64,000 nucleotides of DNA from Camelus dromedarius (Eukaryota): NCBI RefSeq assembly GCF_036321535.1, contig NC_087472.1, positions 96,226,001 through 96,290,000 of the forward strand, written 5' to 3'. Made by a program: the position numbers and the translations under genes. This document shows positions 36,847 to 50,289 of the stretch, one piece after another; the first letter of the stretch is position 1, and the number at the start of each line of letters is the position of its first letter. The notes below the pieces were generated by a model. It did no database searches. It was not told where the DNA came from and saw nothing but the letters and a program-made list of their open reading frames with translations.

Positions 36847-37030
36847 TTGCTGTCCGATACAGTCACCACAGCCACAGATGGCTATTTAAATTTAAGTGAA
36901 TACAAATCAAAAATTCAGTTCCTCAGTTGAACTAGCCACAGTTTAAGGGCATAGGTGGCTAGTGGTGACCATACTGGACAACAAAGATAGACCACATTCC
37001 CGCTGTCAGAGTTCCCGTGGTGGGCGGCGG
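36847..37030 (-). mobile_element. MER3-like hAT-Charlie MITE
   Basis: 'gctgtccgatacagtcaccacagccacagatggctatttaaattt...aaaattcagttcctcagttgaactagccaca...gtggctagtggtgaccatactggaca'. Confidence 0.75.
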
Positions 37031-38029
37031 TCTCCAGAAACCCTTCCCGGAGGCAGCCCTCCTACGGGACGCTTTATGATACACTCATGTGATCAGAGAG
37101 GACGCCTCTGGGTTATTATGAAGTGAACACCTGAAAATATCAGCAGAGAATAGCTATGAACATGCACTGTTAAGTCATGGGAAAGAATTTTGAAATGAAG
37201 GACAAGGAAGTAAAAACAGACACCAGAGTAAGTGCTCTGTAGCAGCCTCACGGAACCACACTCTTGAGTGAGGGGCTCTTTGTGAGTCTAAACTGTACTT
37301 ACTTTCTGAGTTTCCAAACAGGGCAGGAGTGGCTGCTACGAGAATGTTCTTCCCCAGTTGTGAATGATGCGTTAGCACAGTGACTGACTGTTGGTAAAAT
37401 ACAGATGGACAATTAAAAAATTGTCACTTTCAAGAGTCGCTGATTTGGTGTTATTTGGGCAAAATACATCACAACATGAAAGCAGCTGATTAGTAACTGC
37501 TTCCCATTTCAGGTTTTAAGACGTGCCCTAAAACATCAGACCTGGAAAGAACCTTGGAACCATGCAGGCCAACTCCCTAATTTAATAAATGAGGAAACTT
37601 AAGCACCATTAACAGCTAGCTGGTAGCAGAACCAAGGCAGATGTGCTGATTTCCTGACATTAACACTCTCCAGGAATCATTCAAACCCAAGTTTTTTGCC
37701 TCAAATATTTCAGAAGTTTTGTTTTTTCGTGATAAGTACACAAGACAGCAGTTAGGGGCTCTCAAATTTTTAAAAAAGCACACCTTCCCCACTGAATGTT
37801 TAGTAAAAGAATGACACATCGGTAAATAATATGAAGACTCCATCTCTTATTCAGGAAGTTTCTAACTGCACTCAAGTGTCTTTGGAGGCACTGGGTTCTG
37901 GTGCAGGTGCTGCACCAGCTCCTCAGAAAAGACCATGGGAACCAATAGCCCTTGAATTGAAAATGTCGTTTTTTATCTTCTGCATATTCCATATGACAGC
38001 AGATCCCAACATAGATTTTTTTAAAGGAC

Positions 38030-38297
38030 TGCCCTGGAGCATTTGTTAAAATAAAGATTCCGAGGCCTCCACCCCAGAGTATCTGAATCAGCAGAGCTGA
38101 GGCAGAGACCAGGAATCTGCATTTAACCAGCATCTCAGGTAATTCTGGTGTAGGTGGTCCACCGCCAGTCAAGCCCAGTTTGCCTGGGACAGTCCCGGTT
38201 TACACCTGTTTACGTGGTTTACAGCATAATTATTAATAGTGCTCTTTCTCCCTGTCAAAAGTGTGCTGGCTTGGACAATACATTATATGGTCCCCAT
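38030..38297. mobile_element. MER5A-like fragment (~38030-38155) followed by a MER94-like hAT element (~38165-38297)
   Basis: 'ggaatctgcatttaaccagcatctcaggtaattctg' and 'cagtttgcctgggacagtcccggtttacacctgtt...taattattaatagtgc...tatatggtcccc'. Confidence 0.65.
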
Positions 38298-38637
38298 TCC
38301 TCGATCCATGGATCGTGTTTTGAAATAATACCATTTTAACAGTTTACTGTTAAGCAGTTCCTTTATGTTGCCAATAGGCTATTCCCCCAAAAGATGAGCT
38401 CAATGTTCCCTGCCACCGAGAAGCCAAAGAACCTGTTTTCGCTTTGATCGATCATAAGAATTTTGAAAAGTACCCTTGTCCATTCCCAGCAATTTGCAAA
38501 GGTGCTTGGTGCAGTTCATGTACTGAATTTTAGAAACTGAGCAAGCGGAAGGCGAAGCTTACAGGTGGGAGGGATGAGACTACAGACAAGAACTCAGGAA
38601 AAGACCACACTGACGCCCAGTGAAACACAACTACCAC

Positions 38638-38643
38638 TTTATT
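38638..38643 (-). terminator. Candidate distal poly(A) signal of the PDK3 long isoform
   Basis: Minus-strand AATAAA followed by gtggtagttgtgtttca and GU-rich gtcagtgtggtcttttcctgagttcttgtctgt. Confidence 0.55.
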
Positions 38644-41600
38644 GTTTGACGGTTGTGGTACAGAATTGTCCACGTGCTTCAGGACTACTTTGGCTATGAC
38701 ACACACCACAGATGGCTCCACGACTGATGGAGAACATTATCTGAGCCACACACTTCCCTGGTTGTTTTTCCAACAATCACAAAAATACTTTTCTCCACGG
38801 AATGCAGAGCGACAAATGACCTCAAACCAAAGTCATCCTTCACTTGTGACAGTGTGCACCAGTCAGGCCACAGAACAGCACAGAACACGCAGGGCCGGGC
38901 TTCACTCTATGAACCACAAGGCAGCTTGTGAACGCTGGACACGCGTGTACATTTCACTGTAACTAAGCTGACAGCTGCCCAAAGTGAAATCAGGTCAGAT
39001 TTGGACTTAGGGTTACAAACACTGTAATGAACTTTCATTTCATATATAAGTTAGTCTTTTTCTCTTGTTAAATCAGCTATCATTTCCGGTTGAGACACTG
39101 CTTTTATGAGTCTAGGAGTTACAATGAAAAATCAGCCAAGTGACTTTACATTTAAATGCAACATTAAATATGTCCGCAATGGCATATTTCACTCCGCGCT
39201 GATTTTTCTTATTTGGTTTAAGCATTTCTTAAGTATTCACAGCTTGTGTTCTAAATCTGGAAAATATTGAAGTTACAAGCACTCATGTACTTTTGTGAGG
39301 ATGCATATAAACCTGAAGCAGCAATTACAACCTCAAATGACTTTATCACCAAGGAACTCTGCAGGGACCAGGGTTAGCCAGAATGCTGAAGTGGTAGGTT
39401 CTACACTCCCAAACCGTGTGTCACGTTGTCCAGGACGGACTCAAGCCCAGCCCAGGTGTTAAATCAGAGTGCAGCGCTCAGTTCCAGTGCAACGCAGCAA
39501 GAGGAGCGAATAATAACGATGAACGTATCGGAAACAAAGGAAGACGCAACAGAACTCAATTCCTCTGACACTGAATACAGCCAACTTGCATTTTTTAAAG
39601 TACATAATAATACTTTATACTTTCTAGGTAAATCTTGACTTTCTGGGTAAACCTTAGCTGTCTACTCAGAGCCAAGATGCATTTAGTTTGGTCTAGTCTG
39701 AAAAAGAATTGTAAGTACAAGCACAACTTACAGACTCACGTGCCAGCTCTAACAGGAACTTTTAAAATTGAAAAGCAAGATATCAAAGGACTTTATGTGA
39801 TGTTGTCCCCAGGAAGTTACACAGGCAGCTAGAGAAAAAAGGGAGCAAATACAGGATCTGGCAAGCCCCTTCTTTTTGACATTTTATGCTGGTTATGACA
39901 GCCGGACACAACCTGCCTCCTGACGGCGCTCGGCGAGCCCAGGTGTCAGGCCTGTAGTCCGGCCTGCTCCCTCTCTGATGGCGGGCAGTTTCCAGGGTTT
40001 CAGACCCCTACAGTGACAGGCTTTAGCTGTAATTATTCTAAAACATTTGTCCAAATGAAACACGGGGGATAGTAACCTCAGCAGTTTTAGATAAAGGCAC
40101 AAGCCAGTTCTTCATGTAAATACAGTGCCTTTTAAAATACTGATTGCGGTTTCCCATGGATATAAGCGTTCAAATGAGAAAAGAAAATGGAATTTGGAAG
40201 AAAGAGGTGCCATGATGTAGTCTAAACAGCAATGTAACATTTTATGCCCACCCTGCCTGTTTCCGCCAACTGCTCGGTTCACTCCTCTTATCCATCGAGC
40301 GCGGCTAAACGGCAAATGCCTGTGACTTCCAATCAGATGTAACTTCTGTCATTGCCTTTTTAATGTCGAGCATATATGAAGAGCCAAAACAGTTAGAACT
40401 GGATGTTAAGATTCTTGTTATTATCTTGCAAAAGGAATCTCAAGGTAAGACTATTTTAAAACATTAAGTGGTTCTGTTATTAGTAAGAATTCCACTCTAA
40501 AGTTGCCATTTTCAACCCATTTGGAAGGCAAAGATGAACTGAAGAGCCATTAGAATTAGACATGTCTTTCGTTTGCTAACAGCAGGGCAAACATACTGCT
40601 TACAGTATATGTGATCTTTGACAATTTGTGCTGTTTTGGCCCATCTGCAAAAGTTATGCACAGAATTCAAATTAGCAGGCCACTTTTAGGTTGGCCAAAG
40701 TTAGAATTATTTAATAGAATGTTCTTTTAAGTGAAATTTTATCATCCCCCAAGGATTCAATTCCAATGGAAAACAGAATCCTCACTGAGAAGCCAAGAAG
40801 CAAAATCATCAAACAAAATCAAATTGCAGGGTTTTTCTATGAAAATCTCAGGTAAGCATGATGAAGAGACCTTGGTACACCCACTAAACAAAGGACTTTT
40901 AGGTGGTATTTATCATGAAAAAGCCTAAAGCACAGAGTCTGAGTGGTGACAAGGGCGAGGCTCAAGTTTCTCGGGTAATCTTGTATTCCCGAGGTAACAA
41001 TACTTGTGAAACTCTAGCTCTAGAAATTTTGACAAGAATGATCAGATCTGAGCATACCAGGATAGACCTTCAGAGATTTCCATGGGGATTCTTACCAAAG
41101 GGTATTCCCTGAGACATGGAAGGGTCGTGAAAATGTAATTCTCTGAGTACAGAAAAATATAACTTCTACAATCAATTCAATCTCTTCACTTCTTCCTTTA
41201 AAGAAATTACTAAAATAAAAAGATATATCATCATCGTCTAAACTCTCCTGTTTTACCTTTTCTTAAAAAAAAAGTCATTTTATTTATGGAGACGCCAGGC
41301 ATGGGCGGGATGCTTTCATATACATTCTCTATCCTAATACCTCTCTTAAAATATCACTCCTTTAAAGGTACAGAAATAAAGATATGGTTTTTAGAATTGG
41401 AACAAACTTAGTGGAATCCTCAAATAATTAGCTGCATTTTACAGAAAGCAATCATAATTCTTCACTTTTGGAAACTGTCACATGAAAAAGGTAAGCAAAC
41501 TTACTGGAATCTGAAAGTGATGAGAACTTTTAAAGAATGCAATCGCAATTTTGCACGTGTGGAAAACATGATGTGAAAAACAAATCTGAAATACCTCTCT

Positions 41601-42959
41601 ATGTAAATTAAAGCCCAAGCCATGGTATTCAAAATTAAAATGATTTACATAATCTACTATACTTTGTGTTTTTTTTAGTAATTAACCTTCCTGAGGCTGA
41701 TTTTGTTCTCCTTAGTGTTTGCTTAACTAAAGTGCTTAATAAAATTTCTACAGAATATATTACCCTCTCCATAGATGAATTTTATTTTGAACTACAATCT
41801 GACAAAAACCTAACTACATTTAATTATGCTTGATTAATCCAAATGTCACTGAGAGATTTATAGAACAGAGAAAAACTTTTCAGGTTAAGTTCGTACTCTT
41901 TTCCCCGCAAGATTCCTGGATCCGCTATTACCACAAAATCTCCTCAGTTCTCTAACCTTTAAAAAAAAAATCCCACAGAAAGTTTTCCCAATTGTCCACA
42001 CTGGATTATGGGACTCCAAGCATCAAGCCCTACCACTTATCCTCTTCAACAGATATGCAGACTCCATCAAGGTTGGAAATCACCATTTTAAATTGGGATG
42101 GGAACCGCCCCTGCAGAGTCGGCAGTGCTGGAGGGAAGAGGATACAGAGACAGGAAGGCAAAAACTATTACTGATTTATTAAACACTGCGAGGATATTAA
42201 TGAGACATAAGGGGTGGGCTTTCTTTTAATGCAGGCACTTAACAGTATCAGACATTTGTTCAGAGGCTTTCAGTAGTGATGCCCTAAGGTGCTTTCATTT
42301 ATATGGAAATAAGTCAATTTAAAGAATGACAAATTGGCTCTACCCATGGGAATCATTCAAAGCATCCCATCTCTTGCTCTGGCAGTCTACCCTCCCTTGG
42401 GTAGACAGGCATGTGTCAGAGAACCAAAGTGTCCTCCCCGGCTTTGCTGCTCCCTCCGAGGGAGTGAGACTGCCACCAAGAACCACCCATGTCACAATAT
42501 GAGTAGCTCTCCTTGTCCCAGCTGCACTGACCCCATCACCGGGATCATGGGCAATTCAAGTCCAGGTTTTAGAGACAGAGGGAAAGGCAGAAACAAAGGT
42601 TTCTCAAGGATTCTGTGACTACAATATTGCTGTCATTTGATCTTGTTCACCTTGGTGAGAAGGGACCGTGAACACAGCTAACGCCAACCTACAGACATGA
42701 GAGGCAAAGTTTTCTCGGAGAATCCTTTCCTCCACCTCCCCAACCAGTTTGCAAGCGCTAAAGAGGGTCTTTCCTCCTGACAAGCAGCTATTTTCACTCC
42801 AGCACCATCAGTCAGATGCTGGAAGTGGGAAGAATTGGTTTAAATACTGATTTCTGAAGTTCTAAAAAGACACATCCAGAACCTGCTGTAATTGCATCTT
42901 TGTTATGAGGAAACAGCAGCCCACATCATTCAGTGCAATTTGACGGGAAAAGCTGGCTC

Positions 42960-43095
42960 CTCTCATCTGACCGCGGCTCCCCGCGGGTCGGTGAGACAAC
43001 GAAGCGCAATGAGCTCAGTCCGCTCATGGACCCAGCGTCGCAGCGCGGCCCGCGGCAGGGCCGGTGCAGAGCCCCGCGGAGCCCCTCCGGGAAGA
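42960..43095. mobile_element. Probable MIR relic with heavy AT-to-GC substitution (CpG-rich patch)
   Basis: 'cccagcgtcgcagcgcggcccgcggcagggccgg' aligns by eye to the MIR core 'cccaaggtcacacagctagtaagtggcagagccgg', and 'tctcatctgaccgcgg' to 'tctcatttaatcctca'. Confidence 0.5.
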
Positions 43096-44309
43096 CGGGC
43101 TCTCCAGATGCAGAGGAACACAGACAAAGGACAGAAGAACTCAGGACTCACCAGTGCTTCCTCACCTAAGGAACACACCCGTCCACGGTGAAAACAACAT
43201 TCACAGGGTTTGCCCCCGCCCCCTACTCCCCCCTTGCAACCCCCTTCCTGCCTTTTTCTCCCAACTGTACTAAAAACTGCCCTTGGTGAGTGTCTCATCT
43301 GACTCCCCCACCAGCTCCGTGAGTCAGGGGGGGTCCGTCGCTGTGATCAACACCCCGCACCCAGCCCCGTGCGGTTTCTAGTGCATTGGAGACAGTCGCT
43401 ATTATTGAAAGCGAGGAACACATGTGGCTTTCCTTTCCACGACTCCTCCATCTACCCTCTTCCCTTCATTCGTCCTGTACGGGTGGTGCCTCTTTCATTC
43501 TGCATCTCACGACAGGGCAGACCCAGGGCAAAGACTGACCTGAGGGAAAGGCACTGCGCAGAGTGGAGTGTGGGGCACACAGCGAGGCTGTCACTCGCAC
43601 TCCCTGATCAGGGCACTCAGCTCTGAAGGTGAGAAAAGTGTGCCCAGTGGGACACACTGGCCACTGAGGACAGGAGGCTTCTATCCTACAATGAGGCCAA
43701 ATAAAACCCCTAAGCTGTGATCCCCTGTAAATGAAACTACGATGTGTTCGCTTCTATAGTCAGTCCCAGACCCAGAAACCATCTCAGTGTGTATTCATGA
43801 ATATCAAACAGAATCCTGATGAGGACTTAACGCCTTTCTATTTTTTGATGAACCAAATTTGAAAATGGGTTGACTGAAAAGACCGGTAAGAAAACCTGTG
43901 TCCCAGAACAGCTCTCACAGGGTTACCACCCTCAGGGGGGGGCAGCTCAACTAGAAACCTGTTAACACAAAATAATTCATACTTCTCTTGATAACTCTGA
44001 TTATGTGCTAGCTTGAAATATCCCATCATATTTAATTAACTAATAAATCATTGTCGGTGCCTGGTAACTTCTTAAGTTCATTAAAATGTCACATCTTCCA
44101 TTTTCAAACCAGAAGGTCCAGATTTCTCTAATCAATGGAACAGGATCTCAAGTTAAAAGTTATCTTTCCAAGGAGAACAATAAACAAAAATCCTGTATTA
44201 AGTTATTAACGGTTCTTTCCTGCAAGTGATATTGGTTTCATCTATTTACGAGCACATAGCTGCTGATTAGGAAGGACATTATCTTCAAAGTCAATGTTTA
44301 AGCACCTGG

Positions 44310-45990
44310 ACTGCGGGGAAGATGGCAGAATGAGTGCATGTTTATACAAGTGCTCCTGCCCTTCAACACACACATCCACAAGCTGAAAAAGAAGCTGCCT
44401 ACGATGAAACTAATAAAAGCCACCACCCCATAGTGAGGACTCCAGGGGAGTGTCTGACAACCAAGTGGAGGACTAATGAAAAGAGGATTCGCAGGTGTCT
44501 AGTGGGCCACAGTTGCTGGGCAGCTGTGGTGGAGACGGTTCCAAAGGATGCTACCAATTATGTCTTAATTTGGAGAAACAAAGCCCAGCGGCAGTCAGGA
44601 TGAGCTGAGGGTACACTGCGTGGTCACATTTCCAGAAGCAAAACCTAGGAGGAAAGGTTGGCATCTCAGGTGGTCCCTTTTTGCGCAGAGGAGAGCAAAA
44701 GTCACTCGGAGCCAAACACACAGACTACATAGAATCCAGCAGAGCAGAAGGACAAACTCACCACACGCCTGCTAGGGAGACCTCTAATGGACGTGGGGAA
44801 ACTCAAGGGACGTCCCTCTCCCTCAGTGGGACCCCAGGGCAGAGGAATCAACAGTGTCCACAGAAGGCACTCGGAGGAGGCTTTGCTTCACTCCTTCAGC
44901 CAGGTCCAGAGAACAGAATGAAAAAGAGCCTCTGCCATTATAACCTATCGATATCCAGCCTTATGGTTCAAGGGCTCAGGTGATCAAACACTTACCACTT
45001 GAAAGAGGAGGCATCAAGGAGGATTTATCCACACCCTTCTTGGTAGATAGAACTGGTCCCATGCAAAGACCAGACAATAAGCCGAAAAAGCCATTGCGAT
45101 GCTTGTGCAACAATAAAAGAACAAAACAACACGGAAAGAAAGGGGTGAAAGAAGCAAAAGACAGATATACACACCCTGGAAACAGGATGATTTCAGAGAC
45201 CACGAAAATGGTAGGCAACAGTTCAGCCTTCCAGGAAACGCAATGAGTCAAAGAGGACAACGCAATGAGAGGAAAAGCTGGCGGAGCTAAGGACAGAAAG
45301 AGAAAAAATAAAACTGTAACAGAAGTGAAAGCCACACTGCACACTACAGCAAACAGTGTCAGCACAATGGAAGGGTAAGATCTGAGGAGCAAATCACACA
45401 GTGGGAAGGAGGACCAGGAGACCAATGCGGTCAAAGGCTAGATGAATGTGAAGGACAGAGGACAGACAGCCAATAGAGGGGCAAACTGTTAAACTAGAGA
45501 ACCAATAAACCAGTAAGAAATGTGGTAAGGTGCCGATGTCAATGTTGGATGCTCCTTGTGTACCTGAAAAAGCCGACAGGTAACTGTCAGCTCTGAGATA
45601 TAGTTGAATGAAGTTAGTGCATTTCAAGGATAACCAGGAAATCACAAGCACTCAGGGCAAACAGGAAGGTCACCTACAAAAAGGGAGGAAAAATCTGGTT
45701 GGACTGAGCCCTCTCAGTACCAACAGATGCTAGAAGATAGTAGAGTGATGTCACCAAAGAACTGAGGGAAAAAAGATGTACCCTCAGAATCTGATCGCCA
45801 GCCAAGTTACTGTTCATAAGGGACAGCAGTAGAAAAACATTTGCAACTATGTGAGAAAATCCAACTGAAACTGTAATCCAGTCCACCAAAAGATAAAAGC
45901 ATTGACTCTCAAATATGGAGTCTTTGTATGAGGGAGCTGGCAGTGAGCTGTGAGTTCATTCAAACATAGAATTAAGTCTCAATAACTCTA
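44310..45990 (+). mobile_element. Ancient L1M/HAL1-like 5' UTR plus ORF1 remnant
   Basis: Starts 'ggggaagatggcagaatgag', has an A-rich coiled-coil-like middle, and ends in ORF1 C-terminal-like 'ggtcacctacaaaagg...gatgctagaaga...cagaatctgatcgccagccaagttactgttca'. Confidence 0.6.
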
Positions 45991-48900
45991 GTAATTATCT
46001 ACAGTCAGACATTTTATAAAGCTGCCTATCTTTCTAGGTAAAAGCCACCAAATCTATTTGATTATCTCCTCTAACTAACTATGCCAAAATGAAAACACAC
46101 AGAAGGCAACCTCTCCTGAATGGAATTCTCTGACACTATAGACAAAATTTGGTTTGTATCTTACCCTTGAGGGTTAACATAACCAAGAAATTCCTCAAAA
46201 GAGATAATGCTAATTACCTGGTTCACTGTTGAGAGCTCGGGCTGAAGAACAAGACGACCCAATTACTCACTTTGGTTCCTCCATGCCACCTTGGCAAACG
46301 ACTGAACTGCTTTGGAACTCAAATGAAAAACAGAAAACTGCATGGTCCACTTCTTGGCATCCTAAGGCTCAAATAGGATGCTGCGTGTGAAAGTTCTTTG
46401 GAATCTATAAGCAAGGGTATAAAATCACGTCACCTGATTGGATGGAAAGAACCTACTATATTAAGGAGTCCAAATCAGATATTCAGAGACAAAGAAAGGG
46501 TCAGATGGCTCCTGTGGAACCATCACTACTGCCTTTCTTTCGTTTCTCTCCATGTGCAAGTCACCTCTTACCACGATAAAAAGGAAATGCAGTATTTCCA
46601 CAGCTCCTGACCTGAGTTATTTTTAATTTGGAAAGATAGTTTAAGAATTTAGAAAGGTGTTGCCCACCACCCAAGGTAAACATCTGTCAATTTCCATTCA
46701 TTGATTCAGTTAATACTTATTAGGCACCTACTATGTGCCAGGTACTACTTCAAAGAGTAGATGCCATCCCCAAATACTTAAAATAAAATCAAGTAAATGA
46801 GAGGAAAACACAGAAGAATTGGGAGAACTAAACAAATTTAGCTGAAAAACAGTTAATGGCTATTTATATTTCAACTGATATGTAGAAATGTGACTGTCTG
46901 CTTAGAGACAAAACCCAGCAAATAGCCAGACGGTTACACCTAAGTCCAGAAGAGTCACATACAGTCAAAAAAGAAGCATAAATGAATACCTGGGGCAGCC
47001 AAACTGGGAACACAGACTGTTGCTGAAATTCTTCTTATGGTTTCTTCGGAAGCAAAGTTAAATTCTTAATGCAGAAAGCAAAGACAGGAGAGGCAAGATT
47101 GTACTGGGGTCAGATGGATATGAATAATCTAGAAAGTGTGTCAGTAAAGAGCTACCAAGTCAATCATTAAAACATTGAAAGAAATCTTTACTTTTGAAAA
47201 AGATCTGGAAAGGGAGGAACGTGCTAGGATTTTCCCTATCAGCTTTGCCAGCTTCAGCCTTTACAGGGAGCCTGCTGTGAGCGCATCATGATCACGGGGC
47301 ACTCCGCAGGCGCACACTAAAACGCTGCCAGAACAAGGCAGGAGGGAGCGCTCCTGAAGCTGCTGCCTCCGCCCCCTCCAGTGTGTTGTACTTTAAAGTG
47401 TAGAGGGCTATGGTTGGAAATGGAGGCCAAGTCAGATACTGATAGGCGATCTGACATTTATAAGAAAGCCGGGCTCTTTAAACACAAAGGGCTGTCATTT
47501 TTACATCTTTACACCACAAGGAAATCATCAGAGGAATCAGCCCCACTCCCAAGACACTGACTCAGTCCTCAAAAAACGGGCCTCCATGGGGACCAGCTCC
47601 TCCCCCGTATCTTGGAAGCATGTTGGTCTTTTTCTTACCCAACTAATAAATATGAGTTCCCTCATGAGAGCCTTCTGAGGATGGAAGAGATGAGATCTTT
47701 CTAAAGATGAAGGAAGGACCATGAGCTCAGGTAACGTCATAAAATGAAACAATATCAGATTCAGTGGAACTAAGAGCAACAGAGCTGTCACCTACCCAAG
47801 CGCAGCTGGTCAGAGCCCAGCTCCATCTGGGGGAAAAGCCCCACTGTGATGGCAGCGGGGACAAGTGCATTGGTACTGTCGTAGGACTGAAGGAAGAGGA
47901 CCACTGTACAAGTTACAGCTTCTCAATCAGTGGGCTCAATACTTAAACACTGGATGGAAACATTTATATGGATGTTAAAAAAGGGCAGAAGTCAAAGTAG
48001 ATGATATATATGAAAAAATACAGAGAAGATAAATGCATCCTGCGTAGCTCTACAGGTTGTGGATTTCCATCCGGACTCTCCAATAGCTTCCATTTCTCAG
48101 AGTAAATATAACACAGGCCCTCCTTCCTTACCCCAAGTCCTCTGCCAATTCCATCTTTCAGCAAAAAGTAAAGGATGGTGAAAATCAGCTTGACAATTCT
48201 AAGACTGGCTAAAATTCATGAAAATGTGAATTATGAAGCCCTAGGGTATTTTTCAAAATAAACCAGAAAGAACTTTTCTCTTCAACAGTCTATTTGACAA
48301 CTAGTAAAGTGCATCACACAGGGGCTTAGAAAACTGCAAAGGAGTACAGTATGACAAAGGGACAGTATTTGGTGGTAAAAATTTTTACATAAGGATAAAC
48401 ATGCCACTTCCCCCTCTTTGCAAACTTGATAATGACCAGAAGGTAGTTTTTCACTTAAGATCTTTGAAACCAAGCAGTTAAGTGTAAAATTCCAAGACAA
48501 CTTTTGGAACGCTTTAATCAATAGAATGGAAGTATACAAATGAATTTCAAAATGAAATCAATGCATCCAAGAGGAAGATCTAACACAAAAGTACCCGCGC
48601 CTCACAATGAGAATCCGATCGGATGGAAGAAGGCCAAAGTCTAAATCAGAGAGCAAGGAGGGATGCGCAAGAGAGAGGAAGGGCCCTGGGACCCGATTAT
48701 CAAGACACGCTCAGCTGCTGTCTCCAACGTGCAGACTCCCAGGCCTTAGTTGGTGGTTTGGGACAAACATGGTATTTGGTCACAAAGAGCAACAGCAGAG
48801 ACCTGCTGTACCTGGAATGGGGTGCGGGAGCTTAGGAATCTGGGGAGACCGCAGACACTCAACTCCCTGGTAATGAGGAGAGAGGTCTGAGGACGCGAGC

Positions 48901-49172
48901 GCGCTGGCGGGCTCTGCGCCTGCCCACGACAGGCGCCCACCAGAGCAGGGCATCACACTACAAAAAATGACTCAGGTTACTACTTTAGTGGAAGATCTGC
49001 AGTTGCTACAGGAAACATCTGTGGAAAAGGTCCAGCTCATACGGAGAAAATACACATTCAAGCACTGGATTAAGTATGGTGTCACACTCAGAGTTGGTGG
49101 AGGAAAGTTCTTTCTGGTTGACTTGCAGAAGACAATCTCTTCTTCACAGAGAGGACTGAAGCATCCGGTTCT

Positions 49173-49203
49173 TTACAAAGTTCTGTTAGTCTTGATTTTG
49201 TCC
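49173..49203 (-). CDS. PDK3: PDK3 alternative terminal exon, coding part (adds DKIKTNRTL*)
   Basis: Acceptor ttattttctttgtag|G GAC AAA ATC AAG ACT AAC AGA ACT TTG TAA. Joins in frame to the CA|GTAA donor at 53061/53060. Corresponds to the extended C-terminus of the human long isoform (DKIKTNRTF, from memory). Confidence 0.88.
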
Positions 49204-49421
49204 CTACAAAGAAAATAACGGAAATATCCAGAGTGAGTTTATGAGGACAACCTTCTCTATTTTAACCGAGACTTACTCAGAGCATTTAGTTACAATGATA
49301 ATTCAAAATCCCATGTCTTATCTCAGAATCATTCTCTAGGGTTACTACAGGAAAAGAATGACCATTTAATGACTTAGATCTACTTTAAAACAGTTTTTTA
49401 CTCTCAGTTAAAAACCTGATT

Positions 49422-49605
49422 AGAAATGAGGAATCACTGCTAACGGGTATGGGGTTTCTCTTTGGGATGGTGAATAGGTTCTAAAATTAGACACTGGCGA
49501 GGGTCACACAACTCTGTGAATATACTAAAAACCACTGAATTGTACACTTTAAAGGGGTGGATTTTATGGTATGTGATTATATCTCAATAAAGCTGTTGTT
49601 AAAAA
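49422..49605 (+). mobile_element. L1MB-like 3' end
   Basis: 'ctgctaacgggtatggggtttctc...gaatatactaaaaaccactgaattgtacactttaaa...tatctcaataaagctgtt'. Confidence 0.8.
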
Positions 49606-50289
49606 TCTGCTTAGAAAATAAATTTTAGAATTTCTCACTCACTCAGTGAATGTACCATACCTACTAAATACTTTCTCAAGGTTGCCACCAATTATCCTCT
49701 TTGTATGATTTAACAACTTTAAGCATCAGGCTAACCATTTTAGAGTCTTGGAAACTGCTTTCTGCTTAAATTTGTGTGTCTAATAAGAAATTAGAAATGA
49801 AGACTCATACTTAATTAGCATTAACAACCTGCTAAACTATTTGAAGGTTTTAAATAGCCTTTAAAACAATATTCAATTAAAGCCATCTTTCTACAATCCA
49901 AATGGATCTTAATATTTATAAAGACTGCTTCTGTACGACCCAAATAACTACCCCTACCGGACCAATGGCTAGAATTCATTGATCACACTGATGCCCAGCA
50001 TGCTACCTGACTTACATACAGACTGAAAATGGAATCAGAGGAAACTGATCCAGGTGTTTCAAGTTGATTTAGCTTAATCTTGGCTGGGGATGGTGTGTGT
50101 GTGTATGTGTGTATATGTACCTGTGTGTACACTCACACTCATATGCACAAACCAAACTTTAAACTTCATCATCAGAGGTGAGTGACCAGTCCAGCAATAT
50201 TGTACAGAGGTCCATCACAACACTTCTACAGAAAAAAATAAACATCAGTGTAGATACCTTTTACATCATTCATCAGAAAAGACCAGTGC

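Larger units (their letters stand above)
38620..49172 (-). other. PDK3: Probable ~10.5-kb 3' UTR of the PDK3 long isoform
   Basis: Lies between the stop of the alternative last exon and the distal AATAAA. Human PDK3 is, as I recall, annotated with a similarly long terminal exon. The extent is inferred. Confidence 0.5.

Noticed and set aside
41505..41585. Exon-like minus-strand segment (tttcag|...|gtaagt); a similar one lies at ~43830-43895
   Set aside because: No recognisable protein in any frame, and both lie downstream of the PDK3 stops within the inferred 3' UTR.
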